Assembly (NCBI GenBank): GCA_014896355.1
Contig: JADBKO010000001.1
Coordinates: 2,497-66,496, forward strand
Direction: 5' to 3'
Source: Bacillota bacterium
GTDB taxonomy: Bacteria > Bacillota > UBA5301 > Bu52
Length of the DNA: 64,000 nucleotides
Shown: in pieces, positions 31,118 to 42,364 of the stretch
How positions within the stretch are numbered: the first letter of the stretch is position 1
Layout of the letters: every line of letters begins with the position of its first letter
Notes under the pieces: model-generated
Told to the model about the DNA's origin: nothing
Databases searched by the model: none
Seen by the model: the letters and a program-made list of their open reading frames with translations, nothing else
Made by a program: the position numbers and the translations under genes

Positions 31118-32038
31118 ATGCCACAAGCGGCGGGCCGCTACTGGGAACTGGTCATGACGGTTCCAGCGGCCAGTGAAGAAGCAGCCAGCGCTTGGCTGTT
31201 TTCCCAGGGGGCCAGCGGAACCGTGGTGCAGGACTCTGGACCCCTGGTGGAGGTCCGCGGCTATTTCCCGGAGCAGGCGGAGCAGGGGCGGCTGAACCGG
31301 GCGGCCGCGGCTTTTTTGGCCAGTCTGCCCGCATGGGGTCTCCCGGCGCAAGGCGCCCACAGCCGAATCCGCCTGGTTCAGGCGGAGGATTGGGCGGAGT
31401 CCTGGAAACGCTATTACCGTCCCTTACAGGTGGGCAGGGTTCACATCTTCCCCAGTTGGCTGCCGGTGCCGGAGGACCTGCAGGCCCGGGCCGGGGAGCC
31501 GGATGGCCCGGTGATCCTGCGACTGGATCCGGGCATGGCGTTCGGTACGGGCCAGCATCCGTCCACGGTTTTGACCCTGGAGCTCCTGCAGGCATATCTG
31601 CGGCCCGGGAATGCCCTGTTGGATCTGGGCACCGGATCGGGTATTCTGGCCTTGGCGGCGCTGGGCCTGGGGGCCGCCGCAGTGCTGGCTGTGGACCGGG
31701 ATCCGGTGGCGGTGGAGGTGGCCCGGCAAAACGCGGGTTCGCTGTGGGATGGCGCGAAGATCCGGGTGGAGCAGGGGGACATCCTGGACCCCCGGTGGCA
31801 GCCCCAGGGCGGGCCTTTCGATTTGGTGGCGGCCAATATCCTGGCGGAGGTCCTTATTCCCCTGGCACCGCGGCTGCCGGGCTGGCTGAAACCCGGCGGC
31901 GTTTTCATCGGAGGCGGTGTGGTTTCCTGGCAGCAGGCATCCGTGGTGGAGGCTTTACGTCCGGCGGGCTTGGTGAAGATCGGCGGCAAGGCCCAGGAAG
32001 CCTGGGTCAGCCTGGCCTTCCGCCGGGCGCAGGAGTGA
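31118..32038 (+). CDS. prmA: Ribosomal protein L11 methyltransferase
   Basis: EDWAESWKRYY, LDPGMAFGTGQHPST, LDLGTGSGIL, VAANIL. Confidence 0.95.
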   Translation: MPQAAGRYWELVMTVPAASEEAASAWLFSQGASGTVVQDSGPLVEVRGYFPEQAEQGRLNRAAAAFLASLPAWGLPAQGAHSRIRLVQAEDWAESWKRYYRPLQVGRVHIFPSWLPVPEDLQARAGEPDGPVILRLDPGMAFGTGQHPSTVLTLELLQAYLRPGNALLDLGTGSGILALAALGLGAAAVLAVDRDPVAVEVARQNAGSLWDGAKIRVEQGDILDPRWQPQGGPFDLVAANILAEVLIPLAPRLPGWLKPGGVFIGGGVVSWQQASVVEALRPAGLVKIGGKAQEAWVSLAFRRAQE

Positions 32039-32066
32039 AGGCCTGCGGGCGCGCGGCCCCCGGCCG

Positions 32067-33542
32067 GTGTGGCTGAGCCGGCGCCCGGGCGTTCCGGCGG
32101 GAGGCGGACGAAAGATTCGGCGGAGAGGGCGGAGGAGCACGACCGGGCGGACGGTGGCATTTCACACCCTGGGATGTAAGGTCAATCAGAGCGATACTGC
32201 GGGGCTGGCAGGGGCCTTCCTGGCCGCAGGGTATCAGATCGTCCCTTTCGATCAGCCTGCAGACGTCTACGTGGTGAACACCTGCACGGTGACCAACACC
32301 GGTGCCAAGAAATCCCGGCAGACCCTGCGGCAAGCCGTGGAACGGGCGCGACAGGCCGGCAGGGACGGCGTTGTGGCCGCGGTGGGCTGCTACGCCCAGG
32401 TGGCGCCTGAGCAGGTGGCAGCCATCCCTGGGGTGGACGTGGTGGTGGGCACCCGGGAGCGCCATCGGCTGGTGGAGCTGGTGGAACGGGCCTTGCGGGA
32501 CCGGGCGCTGCCGGCCGGGAAACCCCTCGTGGCCGTGGCGCCCCATCCGCCGGAGGAGGCGTTCGAGGCGCCGGCTGTGGCTCCCTGGCACGGGCGGGCG
32601 CGGGCCACCCTGAAGATTCAGGAAGGATGCCAACAGCACTGTACGTATTGCCAGGTTCCTCTGGCGCGGGGCCCGGAACGATCTCTGCCCCCGGAGCGGG
32701 TGCAGGAGGCTGTCCGCGATCTCTGGGACCGCGGATACCGCGAAATCGTGCTGGTGGGGATCCATCTGGGCGCGTACGGCCGCGATCTCGGAGGGGACCT
32801 GGACCTGGCCGGGCTCTTGGCGCAGCTGGCGGCCATGGATGGGCCCGGACGTTTCCGCCTGGGGTCCGTGGAGCCCCATGACGTGACCGCGGCTTTGGTG
32901 GATGTGCTGGCCGACAACCCGGGGCGGATCTGTCCGCACGTTCACCTGCCTCTGCAGTCCGGGGACGACGAGATTTTGCGGCGCATGGCCCGGCGCTACC
33001 GCACGGCAGACTACGCCCGGCGGGTGGATGCCTTGCGTCGCAAGCTCCCGGACGTGGCCATCAGCACCGACCTGATCGTGGGTTTCCCCGGGGAAAGTGA
33101 AGAGCGTTTCCGCCAAAGCCTGCGGTTCGTGGAGGAGATGGAATTCAGCCGCATTCACGCCTTTCCTTATTCTCCCCGCAGTGGAACGGCGGCGGCTAGG
33201 TTTCCCCAGCAGGTGCCGTCAGCGGAGAAGCACCGCCGCCTCAAGGAGGTGGAGGCGTTGGCCCACTCGGCGGCCGAATCCTACGCCCGCCGGTTCCTCG
33301 GCCGGGAATTGGAGGTTTTGCTGGAAACGGCGGGGCCTGCCCCGGACCCGCCCGTGTTTCGGGGAACCAGCGCCCACTATCTCACCGTAGATGTGGCGCT
33401 TCCGCCGCAGAGCCCGGTTGCCTTCGAGGGCCTTGCCCAGCCGGGCACGCTGGCCCGGGCCCTGGCCGAAGCCATCCAGGGCCGGGATACGGAGGGGTGG
33501 CCCCTTCTGCGGGCCAAATGGGCAGGCGCCAGCAGGAATTAG
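32067..33542 (+). CDS. mtaB: tRNA t6A37 methylthiotransferase MtaB (start uncertain)
   Basis: [43 protein letters not shown]. Confidence 0.93.
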   Translation: MWLSRRPGVPAGGGRKIRRRGRRSTTGRTVAFHTLGCKVNQSDTAGLAGAFLAAGYQIVPFDQPADVYVVNTCTVTNTGAKKSRQTLRQAVERARQAGRDGVVAAVGCYAQVAPEQVAAIPGVDVVVGTRERHRLVELVERALRDRALPAGKPLVAVAPHPPEEAFEAPAVAPWHGRARATLKIQEGCQQHCTYCQVPLARGPERSLPPERVQEAVRDLWDRGYREIVLVGIHLGAYGRDLGGDLDLAGLLAQLAAMDGPGRFRLGSVEPHDVTAALVDVLADNPGRICPHVHLPLQSGDDEILRRMARRYRTADYARRVDALRRKLPDVAISTDLIVGFPGESEERFRQSLRFVEEMEFSRIHAFPYSPRSGTAAARFPQQVPSAEKHRRLKEVEALAHSAAESYARRFLGRELEVLLETAGPAPDPPVFRGTSAHYLTVDVALPPQSPVAFEGLAQPGTLARALAEAIQGRDTEGWPLLRAKWAGASRN

Positions 33543-33610
33543 ACAGAGAAGAGAGAACTACTGTTACGTTCACCCGGAACCGGGCTGCTTCGGGGAGGGA
33601 GGGATGGCGG

Positions 33611-33787
33611 ATGGCGGAAGTCCACGTCAGTAAAGACGAACCGTTTGACCAGGCATTGCGGCGTTTTAAGCGGCAGTGCCAGCGCTCGGGTGTGTTGGCT
33701 GAAGTGCGGCGGCGCGAGCACTATGAAAGCCCCAGCGTGCGCCGGAAGAAAAAGTCCCAGGCGGCGCGCAGGCGTCGGGAGCGTTGA
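33611..33787 (+). CDS. rpsU: 30S ribosomal protein S21
   Basis: [30 protein letters not shown]. Confidence 0.95.
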   Translation: MAEVHVSKDEPFDQALRRFKRQCQRSGVLAEVRRREHYESPSVRRKKKSQAARRRRER

Positions 33788-33846
33788 GCCGCTTCAGAAG
33801 CCGCGTTTCACGACCTTTCAGCCATGCCTCCCTGTGAAGGACCGGT

Positions 33847-33883
33847 AGGCCCGGCTGGCGACAGACACACCGCCGGGCCTTTT
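33847..33883 (+). terminator. Probable intrinsic terminator after rpsU
   Basis: aggcccggc...gccgggcctttt. Confidence 0.55.
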
Positions 33884-33916
33884 CATATTCTGCGCTGCCG
33901 GATGGAGGGAAGCTCC

Positions 33917-35365
33917 GTGTGGTGCCGGAGAATGCCGATCTGCAGGACTTGCAGGGGCTTCGGGTTCGCGGCTCTCCTGGCTCTCTTTTTGCTGCTTCTC
34001 CTGGCTCTCGTTTTGTTGCTTGTGCTGGCGCCGGTGGGAGTGGCGTTCCCGGGGGCGCCGGCGTCGGCCATGGCCCGGAGCGGGGCAGCTCCGGCATCGG
34101 CTGGGACCTTTGCCGCCGCACCGGCACCGTCGGGCCTTTCCCAGCTGGGCAGCCGGCCGGTGTACGTCATCCGGGTGGAGGGAACCATTGATCCGGGATT
34201 GGCAGCCTACATCCGCCGCAGCCTGGAGGAAGCCCGGCAACGCCGGGCCGCGGGGGCGGTTTTGCTCATCGGCACTCTGGGCGGACGGGTGGATGCGGCG
34301 CTGGACATCCGCGACACGTTGTTGCGGACTCCGTTGACCACTCTGGCGTATGTGGAAAGCCGCGCCTGGTCTGCCGGGGCGCTGATCGCCATGGCTTGTG
34401 AGAAGCTGGTCATGGCTCCGGGCAGCAGCATCGGCGCCGCGGAGACCCGGCCTGCAGAGGAGAAATACATCTCCGCGTTCCGGGGGGAGTTTTCCGCCAC
34501 GGCAGAGCGCCGCGGACGCCGAGCGGACGTGGCCGCCGCCATGGTGGATGTCAGCGTGGCCATTCCAGGCCTGGACGGGCCTGATCAGTTGCTGACTCTG
34601 ACGGCCACCCAGGCCCGGAAGTGGGGCATCGCCGATGGCGTGGCACCCAACCTCTATGCGGCGTTGGAGCCTTACGGACTGGCCGGGCAGCCGCAAGTGG
34701 TTCGCGAAATGAACACCGTAGAGCGCCTGACGCGTTGGCTGACGGATCCCGGCGTGGCCACACTGCTTTTGACCATTGGTTTCGTGGGCCTGGCCGTGGA
34801 GCTCATCGTCATGGGCTGGGGCTGGCCGGGAATGATCGGCGTCACGGCACTGATCCTGTTTTTCCTGGGGAGTTATATGGCGGGCTTCGCCGGCTGGGAG
34901 TCCATCGCGCTGTTTGTGGCAGGGCTCATCCTGCTCGCCATTGAGGTATTCGCCATCCCCGGATTCGGGGTGACGGGGGTACTGGGGCTGGCGGCCATGT
35001 TTACCGGCATTTTCCTGGCCTTCGCCTCTGCCCGGCAGGCGGCTGTGGCCATCGCCACCGCCATCGGCACCACCCTGGTGGCGGGATACCTCATGTTCCG
35101 TTATTTCGGGCGCATCAAGGCCCTTCAGCGCCTGGTCCTCTCGACGCGCCAGGAGCATGCGGCCGGATACTCTGCGTTGCCGGACCTGGCCTCTTTGGAA
35201 GGGCAGGAAGGCGTGGCTTTGACCATTCTGCGTCCTGCAGGCACGGCGGAAATTGCCGGCAGGAGGGTGGATGTGCTCACCGAGGGCGATTTCGCCCAGG
35301 CGGGTGACAGGATCCGGGTGATCCGGGTGGAAGGCAACCGGGTGGTGGTCCGCAAGGTTTCCTAG
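33917..35365 (+). CDS. nfeD: NfeD-family membrane-bound serine protease (YqeZ-like)
   Basis: [22 protein letters not shown] domain, C-terminal [17 protein letters not shown]. Confidence 0.9.
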   Translation: MWCRRMPICRTCRGFGFAALLALFLLLLLALVLLLVLAPVGVAFPGAPASAMARSGAAPASAGTFAAAPAPSGLSQLGSRPVYVIRVEGTIDPGLAAYIRRSLEEARQRRAAGAVLLIGTLGGRVDAALDIRDTLLRTPLTTLAYVESRAWSAGALIAMACEKLVMAPGSSIGAAETRPAEEKYISAFRGEFSATAERRGRRADVAAAMVDVSVAIPGLDGPDQLLTLTATQARKWGIADGVAPNLYAALEPYGLAGQPQVVREMNTVERLTRWLTDPGVATLLLTIGFVGLAVELIVMGWGWPGMIGVTALILFFLGSYMAGFAGWESIALFVAGLILLAIEVFAIPGFGVTGVLGLAAMFTGIFLAFASARQAAVAIATAIGTTLVAGYLMFRYFGRIKALQRLVLSTRQEHAAGYSALPDLASLEGQEGVALTILRPAGTAEIAGRRVDVLTEGDFAQAGDRIRVIRVEGNRVVVRKVS

Positions 35366-35427
35366 GCTCTCGCGGGCCAGGCTGCCGCAGCTCCGTTGCA
35401 CCTGCGCAAAGGCAAGGAGGGACTGTT

Positions 35428-36495
35428 ATGTGGGGAATTGAGCTCTTCGCCTTTTTTATTCCTTTGGTCCTCATTCTTGTGGTCCTGTTGGTCATCCTGA
35501 ATTTCATCCCGCTGGGGCTATGGATTTCGGCGCTGGCTGCCGGGGTCCATGTGGGGATCATCACCCTGATCGGCATGCGCCTGCGCCGGGTGCCGCCGGC
35601 GCGGATCATCCTGCCCCTCATCAAAGCGGTGAAAGCCGGGCTGGAAGTGGGCGTGGACAAACTGGAGGCCCATTACCTGGCCGGGGGCAACGTGGACCGG
35701 GTGGTGGATGCCCTCATCGCCGCCCACCGGGCGGAGATCAAGCTGACGTTTGAGCGGGCGGCGGCCATTGACCTGGCAGGGCGCAACGTGCTGGAAGCGG
35801 TCCAGATGAGCGTGAACCCGAAAGTCATCGAGACCCCTCTGGTTTCCGCCGTGGCCAAGAATGGCATCGAACTGCGGGTCAAGGCCAGGGTCACCGTGCG
35901 GGCCAACATCGACCGCCTGGTGGGCGGCGCCGGTGAAGCCACGGTCATCGCCCGTATCGGCGAGGGCATCGTAACCACCGTGGGCTCCGCCGTGGACCAC
36001 AAAGAAGTCTTGGAGAACCCGGACCGCATCTCCCGGACCGTGCTGAGCAAGGGGCTGGATGCGGGCACGGCGTTCGAGATCCTTTCCATCGATATCGCCG
36101 ATGTGGATGTGGGCCGCAACATCGGCGCCCGCCTGCAGATGGACCAGGCGGAGGCGGACAAAAACATCGCCCAGGCCAAGGCGGCGGAACGGCGTTTCGC
36201 TGCCGAGGCGCGGGAGCAGGAAATGAAGGCCATGACCCAGGAGATGCGGGCCCGGGTGGTGGAGGCCGAGGCCGAAGTGCCGAAGGCTCTGGCCTACGCG
36301 TTGCGTGAAGGCAAGTTGGGCGTGATGGATTATTACCAGCTGCGGAACATCCTGGCGGATACGCAGATGCGGGAATCCATGGCGCGGCTGGCCCCGCCGG
36401 AAGAACCGATGCCGCCGGCCCAGGGAGAAAACCCGCCGGAGGGGCCTGAACGCGGTGGCACGGGACCGGCCGGCCCTGGCGGCGGCATTCGCTAG
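35428..36495 (+). CDS. floA: Flotillin-like protein FloA (YqfA)
   Basis: [38 protein letters not shown]. Confidence 0.95.
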   Translation: MWGIELFAFFIPLVLILVVLLVILNFIPLGLWISALAAGVHVGIITLIGMRLRRVPPARIILPLIKAVKAGLEVGVDKLEAHYLAGGNVDRVVDALIAAHRAEIKLTFERAAAIDLAGRNVLEAVQMSVNPKVIETPLVSAVAKNGIELRVKARVTVRANIDRLVGGAGEATVIARIGEGIVTTVGSAVDHKEVLENPDRISRTVLSKGLDAGTAFEILSIDIADVDVGRNIGARLQMDQAEADKNIAQAKAAERRFAAEAREQEMKAMTQEMRARVVEAEAEVPKALAYALREGKLGVMDYYQLRNILADTQMRESMARLAPPEEPMPPAQGENPPEGPERGGTGPAGPGGGIR

Positions 36496-36519
36496 GGAGC
36501 CGGCAAGGGGGCATGCGAC

Positions 36520-37050
36520 ATGGCTTCCCGTCACGAAAAAGGGCCGGACTACGCGCTGGAACTGCGGCGAGCCCTGGCCGGCATCCTGGGAACGCCGGAC
36601 CCGGAAGGGGGCGGCAGCTGGCCGCCGCTGAATCTTCCGGACTGGGTCACGGGCCGCAAGCCGGAGAACCGCGATCGGGAGGAGTCCGCCTCCGAGGCTG
36701 CCAGCGCTCCTGAGGACGGTGAAGAATTTCCACAGCCCCCGGAGGAGGCTGGCAGCGAGAGTCCCCGGCCCCCCTCGGAGGCACCGGAGAGCCCCGAGGG
36801 GGAGGGAGCGCCGGCGGAAAGCTCGTCCGGAAAAACATCCGGCGGAGTGGAAGCCCGGCCGGCGACGGGTGCCCCGGGCCTGCCCGCTGCAGCTCCAAAC
36901 CTGCAAGCGGCGGAGCGGTTCCAGCTCGCCCGCCCGGGCCTGCCTTTGGAGCCTACGGATGTGCTGCGGGGGCTGGTGTGGTCCGTGATCCTGACGCCGC
37001 CTCCTGGCGTGCAATGGGATCGGTGGCGCTGGCGGAGGTCCAGGCCCTGA
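36520..37050 (+). CDS. YqfB-like low-complexity protein
   Basis: Position after floA; C-terminal VLRGLVWSVILTPP motif. Confidence 0.55.
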   Translation: MASRHEKGPDYALELRRALAGILGTPDPEGGGSWPPLNLPDWVTGRKPENRDREESASEAASAPEDGEEFPQPPEEAGSESPRPPSEAPESPEGEGAPAESSSGKTSGGVEARPATGAPGLPAAAPNLQAAERFQLARPGLPLEPTDVLRGLVWSVILTPPPGVQWDRWRWRRSRP

Positions 37051-37148
37051 GGGCCCGCAGTGATGTTCGCCCTCCGGCGTGTGGGGCGCAATGGGAGCAG
37101 GCAGGCTGCCCCGCGGGCGGCGGGGCGGCTTTGGCTGCGCTGTTCTTT

Positions 37149-37193
37149 TGCGTTCCCGTCCTGGCATAGTGCGTTCCCGCCCCGGCATAGATT
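37149..37193 (+). promoter_or_regulatory. sigmaE-like promoter of yqfC-yqfD within a 21-nt tandem repeat
   Basis: GCATA-N17-CATAGATT; two 21-nt copies 19/21 identical. Confidence 0.55.
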
Positions 37194-37233
37194 GGGGGGA
37201 GAGTCCAGTCTTGGCCGGGACGGAGGGAGAACC

Positions 37234-37608
37234 TTGGAATGGGCGTTGCCGGCGTCGCGGCACCGCAATGGCCCCGGGCCTGGTCCGGACCGGGAGCCTC
37301 CTTCCGGGCGGGGCACGGAGGATAATCTGCGGGCCTGGGCTGAGAGGGCAGCCGGCTGGCTGGACCTTCCCGGCGAGGCCGTGTTGAGCCTGCCCAAGGT
37401 CACCGTGATCGGGTTCCGGCAGGTTCACGTGGAGAATCACCGGGGAGTGGCCAAGATCGCCCCCGAACAGGTCCAGGTGCGGGTCCCCCAGGGGGTCATC
37501 ACCATCCACGGGCAGAAGCTGGCGATCGGCGCCATCAGCCGCGACTGGGTGGTGGTGGACGGGCTGGTGGAGCATCTGGATTTCGGGCAAGGGGGCGGCC
37601 CGAGGTGA
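37234..37608 (+). CDS. yqfC: Sporulation protein YqfC (YabP family)
   Basis: LDLP..VLSLPKVTVIG..VENHRG; TTG after GGAGGGAG. Confidence 0.85.
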   Translation: MEWALPASRHRNGPGPGPDREPPSGRGTEDNLRAWAERAAGWLDLPGEAVLSLPKVTVIGFRQVHVENHRGVAKIAPEQVQVRVPQGVITIHGQKLAIGAISRDWVVVDGLVEHLDFGQGGGPR

Positions 37609-39005
37609 CCGGCACCGGTCCTGCTGCCCGTCTGTGGTTATTCCTGAATGGCTATGTTATAATCAAAATCAGCGGGGCCCGTCTGGAGCAGTTTGTTAAC
37701 GCTGCTGCAGCCAGCGGGGTCTCGCTGTGGCATATCCGTCGCTTGGGCAGCGACGTTTTGGTGGCCAAGACGCCGTGGGTAACGTTTGCCAGGATCCGGC
37801 CGTTGTGCCGCCGTACAGGTTGCCGCGTTCGAATCTGGCGGCGGCGTGGTTTGGTTTTTTGGCTGGCACGGCTCCGGAGCCGCCGTTGGTTTGCGGCGGG
37901 CGCCGCCGTGGCTTTGTTGCTCCTGTGGGCCCTTTCCGGCCGCATCTGGGTCGTGGATGTGGAAGGCAACCGGAAGGTGCCGGGGTTGCTCATCCGCCAG
38001 GCCGCCGCAGAAGCAGGTTTGCATATCGGTGCAGCCCGGGGCGCGCTGGACCCCGCTGAGGTGGCTGCCGCCGTGCAGCGGCAGGTGGACGGCGTGGCCT
38101 GGGCCGGGATCCAGATGCAAGGAGTCCGGGCCGTGATCCAGGTGGTGGAGGCCAGGCAGCCCGACAGAGCTGCCGGGGTGCGTTCCGCCCACCTGGTGGC
38201 CGCCCGCGACGGTTTAGTCACGTCGGTGGTGGCTCTGCGGGGGCTTCCGCTGGTGGTCGAAGGCGAGACGGTAAGGGCAGGCCAGGTCCTGGTCAGCGGC
38301 ATTGTGCCGGAATGGTTGGCGGCACTGGCTGGACTGGTGGGCAGCCGGCCGGAAGGGCCGCCTTCCGCGCAGGGCGAGGAGTCGGCAGGACCGGTCCCTC
38401 CTCCTGCTGGCCGGGAAGGTCCAGTGGCGGTCCGTCAGGGTGAGTTATGGTATACGGCGGCACAGGCCCGGGTGGAGGCCCGGGTCTGGGTGACCGGGCG
38501 CCAGCAGGTCCCCCTGGAGGAGGCGGTCCTGCTTCCCACGGGCCGCATCCGCCACAAAGCGGGCTTGCAGATCGGGAACTGGCAGGCAGAGCTGGCATGG
38601 CCCTGGCGGCCCTTCGCCCAGGCGCTGGTCCATCAGGGCAGCCGGGAGATCCGGAAACCCTGGCCCGTCCGGCTCTACTGGGGCCGGGACGAGGAGCAGG
38701 AGCGCCACTGGCGCCGCCTCACTCCGGCAGAAGCCCGGCTACAGGCGTTGCGCCAGGCGCAACAAAGGGCCGGCGCCCAGGTGCCCGCCGGGGCACGCAT
38801 CCTCTCCCGGCAACAGGCCGTTCGATACGGGAGAGGCGGGCGGGGAGCGTACGCAGAGGCAGAGGTCACCCTGGAGCTGGAGATGGATATCGCCTCCGTC
38901 CAGGCGGTGCCCGTGGGAGCCCCGGTTCCCACGGCGGTTCTGGAGAAATACGGACCACGGCCCCAGCCGGCGGGGGAACCTGGCCAGGCCCGGACAGGCC
39001 GATGA
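37605..39005 (+). CDS. yqfD: Sporulation protein YqfD (SpoIV)
   Basis: GYVIIKISG..EQFVN, IWVVDVEGN, HLVAARDG..G.PLV..GETV..GQVLVSG. Confidence 0.88.
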   Translation: MTGTGPAARLWLFLNGYVIIKISGARLEQFVNAAAASGVSLWHIRRLGSDVLVAKTPWVTFARIRPLCRRTGCRVRIWRRRGLVFWLARLRSRRWFAAGAAVALLLLWALSGRIWVVDVEGNRKVPGLLIRQAAAEAGLHIGAARGALDPAEVAAAVQRQVDGVAWAGIQMQGVRAVIQVVEARQPDRAAGVRSAHLVAARDGLVTSVVALRGLPLVVEGETVRAGQVLVSGIVPEWLAALAGLVGSRPEGPPSAQGEESAGPVPPPAGREGPVAVRQGELWYTAAQARVEARVWVTGRQQVPLEEAVLLPTGRIRHKAGLQIGNWQAELAWPWRPFAQALVHQGSREIRKPWPVRLYWGRDEEQERHWRRLTPAEARLQALRQAQQRAGAQVPAGARILSRQQAVRYGRGGRGAYAEAEVTLELEMDIASVQAVPVGAPVPTAVLEKYGPRPQPAGEPGQARTGR

Positions 39006-40198
39006 CGGCAATGCCGGGGGCCAACGGCCGGCAAACTGGCGGCCCGGCAGGTGCAGGATGGCCACCGCCTGGGCCTGCAGGGGAGGAATTGCTCATCCGT
39101 TCAGCATTGAGAACCGAAGAGCGCAGTTTTTCTCTTCCCACGGACGTGGATCCGCGGGCCTTTTTCGGCGGGCAAGATGCCAACCTGAAGGCGTTGACGG
39201 CACATACTGGCGCACGGCTGGTGGCCCGGGGCAGCCTGGTCAAGGTGCAGGGCTCCAGCAGCGAGGTGGAGCGGGTCATGGCGATTCTAGGCAAAATGGT
39301 GGATCTGGCCCGTTCAGGTACGGAGCCCACGCCGGCAGAGGTTCATGCGCTGTGGGAACAGGCCGGCACAGGTCCGTCCGCCGGCCGCGACGGCAGCGGA
39401 TCCGAGGATGCCGGGGTGGCCGAGGCGGTGGCCATGACGGCCCGTGGGCGCCCCATCCGGCCGCGCACGGCGGGGCAGAGACATTACGTGGAATCCATGC
39501 AGACCCACGATCTCACCTTCGCCATCGGGCCTGCAGGCACAGGGAAAACCTATCTGGCGGTGGCCATGGCTGTGGCAGCCTGGAAACAGCACCAGGTGGC
39601 CCGCATCATCCTGACCCGGCCTGCAGTCGAGGCCGGCGAGCGGCTGGGTTTCCTGCCGGGCGACCTCCAGGAAAAGGTGAATCCCTATCTGCGCCCCCTG
39701 TATGATGCGCTATTCGACCTGTTCGGCCAGGAGACGTTCCAGCGCTATATGGAGAAGGGCATCATCGAAGTGGCCCCCCTGGCCTACATGCGGGGGCGCA
39801 CGCTGGATGACAGCTTCATCATCCTGGACGAGGCGCAAAACACCACACCGGAGCAGATGAAAATGTTCCTCACCCGCCTGGGGTTCGGTTCCAGGGCGGT
39901 GGTCACCGGGGACGTGACCCAGGTGGACCTGCCAGAGGGGAAAACCAGCGGTCTGCGGCAAGTCCAGGACGTTCTGCGCGGAGTGCCGGGGATCGCGTTT
40001 TGTTTTCTCACAGAGCACGACGTGGTGCGCCACCCTTTGGTGCAGCGTATTGTCCGGGCGTACGAGGAGTTTGAGAGCCGCGGTTCCGTGAACCAGCCGG
40101 GCGCCGCCTCCCATGAGCGGGACGGCAGCTTCCGGGAAGGGGAGGAGGTCCTGGCTTCGCCCGCAGGTCCACGACCCTGGGCGGGGAACGGGTCATGA
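39002..40198 (+). CDS. phoH: PhoH-family ATPase (alternative TTG starts at 39089/39107)
   Basis: [44 protein letters not shown]. Confidence 0.94.
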   Translation: MTAMPGANGRQTGGPAGAGWPPPGPAGEELLIRSALRTEERSFSLPTDVDPRAFFGGQDANLKALTAHTGARLVARGSLVKVQGSSSEVERVMAILGKMVDLARSGTEPTPAEVHALWEQAGTGPSAGRDGSGSEDAGVAEAVAMTARGRPIRPRTAGQRHYVESMQTHDLTFAIGPAGTGKTYLAVAMAVAAWKQHQVARIILTRPAVEAGERLGFLPGDLQEKVNPYLRPLYDALFDLFGQETFQRYMEKGIIEVAPLAYMRGRTLDDSFIILDEAQNTTPEQMKMFLTRLGFGSRAVVTGDVTQVDLPEGKTSGLRQVQDVLRGVPGIAFCFLTEHDVVRHPLVQRIVRAYEEFESRGSVNQPGAASHERDGSFREGEEVLASPAGPRPWAGNGS

Positions 40199-42342
40199 TC
40201 GAGAAAAAAGCGGCCCTTGCGTCCGCTTGGACACGCTGGCTCCAGGCCGGGAAAGCCTGGAGTGGCCGTCCTGCAGCCCGGCAGTTCCTGCTGGCGGCAG
40301 CGGTGGTCGGGATCCTGGTGGCCACCACGGCCGGCAATTTCGTGCCACAGCGGGTGCGCCTGCACGAAGGCGAGGTGGCCAACGCCGACGTGGTTGCACC
40401 CCAGACTGTGGTGGATCCGGTGCGAACCGAAGCCATGGTGCGGCAGGCGGAAAACCAGGCTGTCAACGCGCTGCAGCAGGATCCGGGCAATTATGTCATC
40501 GACCAGATGGTATCGGTGCAGGCGGGCCAGCAGCTGTCCTCGGCCTTCGTGGCACTGAAGCCTTTGGCGGGGAAACCTCACACGGAGCAGGAACTGGAGG
40601 CCGCCAGCAGGACCGTGGCCGAAAAGAGCGGCCTGGAGCTGGATGCTGCGCTGCTGCAAGCCCTGGCGGAGCTTACGCCCGCACAGTTGGAACAGGCCCA
40701 GAATCTGGCTGTTTCCCAGGTGCAGGATTTCCTGCTGTCGCAAAGGGTGGAATCAGCCAACCTGGCTCAGGCGGCCCACGTCCTGCAGGGGAAAATGGCG
40801 ATTCCGGGCATGCCGGCCCGGCTTTTGCCCTTGGTACAAGCCCTGGTACCCCAAGTCGTGCGGCCCAATTTGACGCTGGACCCGGACAAGGTGCGTTTGG
40901 CCCGCGCCCAGGCCCGGGTCACCACGCCGCCGGCGCGCATCCTGCAGGGGCAGGTCATCATTCGCCGCGGAGAGGTGGTCACCGCGGACCAGGTGCGCCT
41001 GTTGCAGCTTTTAGGGTTGCAGCACCAGCAGACCGATTTCCTGGTGGTGGCGGGAATGATCCTGCTGGTGGCCGGCCTGGTGGCAATCCTGGCCCTGTAT
41101 ATCCACCGCTACCTGCCCGAGGTCATGCGCAGCCAAAAGATGCAGGTCCTGGTGGGCCTGCTCCTGGTCCTGGTGGTCCTCATCGGCAAGCTTATCGTCA
41201 GTTGGCCCTGGCGGGACGGGGGTTTGGTCATTCCGGCAGCGTTCGGCTCCATCTTGGTGGCCATTTTGGTGGATGCCCGGCTGGCGGTCCTGGCCAGCCT
41301 GATCATAAGTATGCTGCTGGGGATGGTGGCCGGCGGGAATTACAGCGTCATGTTTGTCTCCCTGGCCGGCGGCGTGGTAGGCGTCTATAGCGTGTCCCGG
41401 GTGGGACAGCGCAGTGATCTCATGCGGGCAGGGCTGATGATCGGCATTGTGCAGACTGCGGCCATTTTCGGCCTGGGTCTGATCTTCCGGGACAGCCACT
41501 ATTTGCAGGTCAGCTATCTGGGGATCCTCAGCGGCCTGGTGTCCTCGGTGTTGGCGATCGGGCTGTTGCCCTATCTGGAGAGCGGGTTTGACATCACTTC
41601 GTCCATCCGCTTGCTGGAATTGGCCAATCCCAGCCAGCCCCTGCTGCGCCGGCTGCTTCTGGAGGCTCCGGGAACCTACCATCACAGCATCATGGTGGGC
41701 AACCTGGCGGAGGCGGCGGCGGAGGCCGTCCATGCTGATCCTTTGCTGGTCCGGGTAGGGGCGTATTATCACGACATCGGGAAAATGCGCCGGCCCTACT
41801 TCTTCGTGGAAAACCAGATGCGCGGCCAAAACCCGCACGATCGGCTTTCTCCCAGTCTGAGCACGTTGATCATCATCGCCCACGTGAAAGACGGCCTGGA
41901 GATGGCCACGCAGGCGCGGCTGCCAGCGGCGGTGAAGGCATTCATCCCCGAACATCACGGCACAGATCTGGTCCGGTATTTTTATCACCGTGCGGCCGAA
42001 CACGATCCGGGCGTGGCCCAGTACGAGGAATCCTTCCGTTATCCCGGTCCAAAGCCGCAAAGCAAGGCCACAGCCATTCTCATGCTGGCCGACGGTGTGG
42101 AGGCTTCGGTCCGGGCTCTGGACAAACCCACTCCGGGCAAAATCGAGGCCACCGTGCGCAAAATCGTGCGGGACCGCTTGAACGCCGGCCAGCTGGATGA
42201 GGCCGATATCACGTTGCGGGACCTGGAGCTCATCAGCCAGGCCTTTGTGCGGGTGCTCACAGGGGCCTTTCATGCCCGCATCGAGTACCCGGAGGCGTTG
42301 GTGCGGCAGGTGGGCGGGGAGCAAAAGGCTAGCAACGGTTAG
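40195..42342 (+). CDS. pgpH: 7TM-HD cyclic-di-AMP phosphodiesterase (PgpH/YqfF-like)
   Basis: Extracellular 7TMR-HDED region, multiple TMs, EAPGTYHHS, YYHDIGK, EHHGT, YPGPKPQS. Confidence 0.9.
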   Translation: MIEKKAALASAWTRWLQAGKAWSGRPAARQFLLAAAVVGILVATTAGNFVPQRVRLHEGEVANADVVAPQTVVDPVRTEAMVRQAENQAVNALQQDPGNYVIDQMVSVQAGQQLSSAFVALKPLAGKPHTEQELEAASRTVAEKSGLELDAALLQALAELTPAQLEQAQNLAVSQVQDFLLSQRVESANLAQAAHVLQGKMAIPGMPARLLPLVQALVPQVVRPNLTLDPDKVRLARAQARVTTPPARILQGQVIIRRGEVVTADQVRLLQLLGLQHQQTDFLVVAGMILLVAGLVAILALYIHRYLPEVMRSQKMQVLVGLLLVLVVLIGKLIVSWPWRDGGLVIPAAFGSILVAILVDARLAVLASLIISMLLGMVAGGNYSVMFVSLAGGVVGVYSVSRVGQRSDLMRAGLMIGIVQTAAIFGLGLIFRDSHYLQVSYLGILSGLVSSVLAIGLLPYLESGFDITSSIRLLELANPSQPLLRRLLLEAPGTYHHSIMVGNLAEAAAEAVHADPLLVRVGAYYHDIGKMRRPYFFVENQMRGQNPHDRLSPSLSTLIIIAHVKDGLEMATQARLPAAVKAFIPEHHGTDLVRYFYHRAAEHDPGVAQYEESFRYPGPKPQSKATAILMLADGVEASVRALDKPTPGKIEATVRKIVRDRLNAGQLDEADITLRDLELISQAFVRVLTGAFHARIEYPEALVRQVGGEQKASNG

Positions 42343-42364
42343 TGGGAAAGGCGGATTACGGCTC

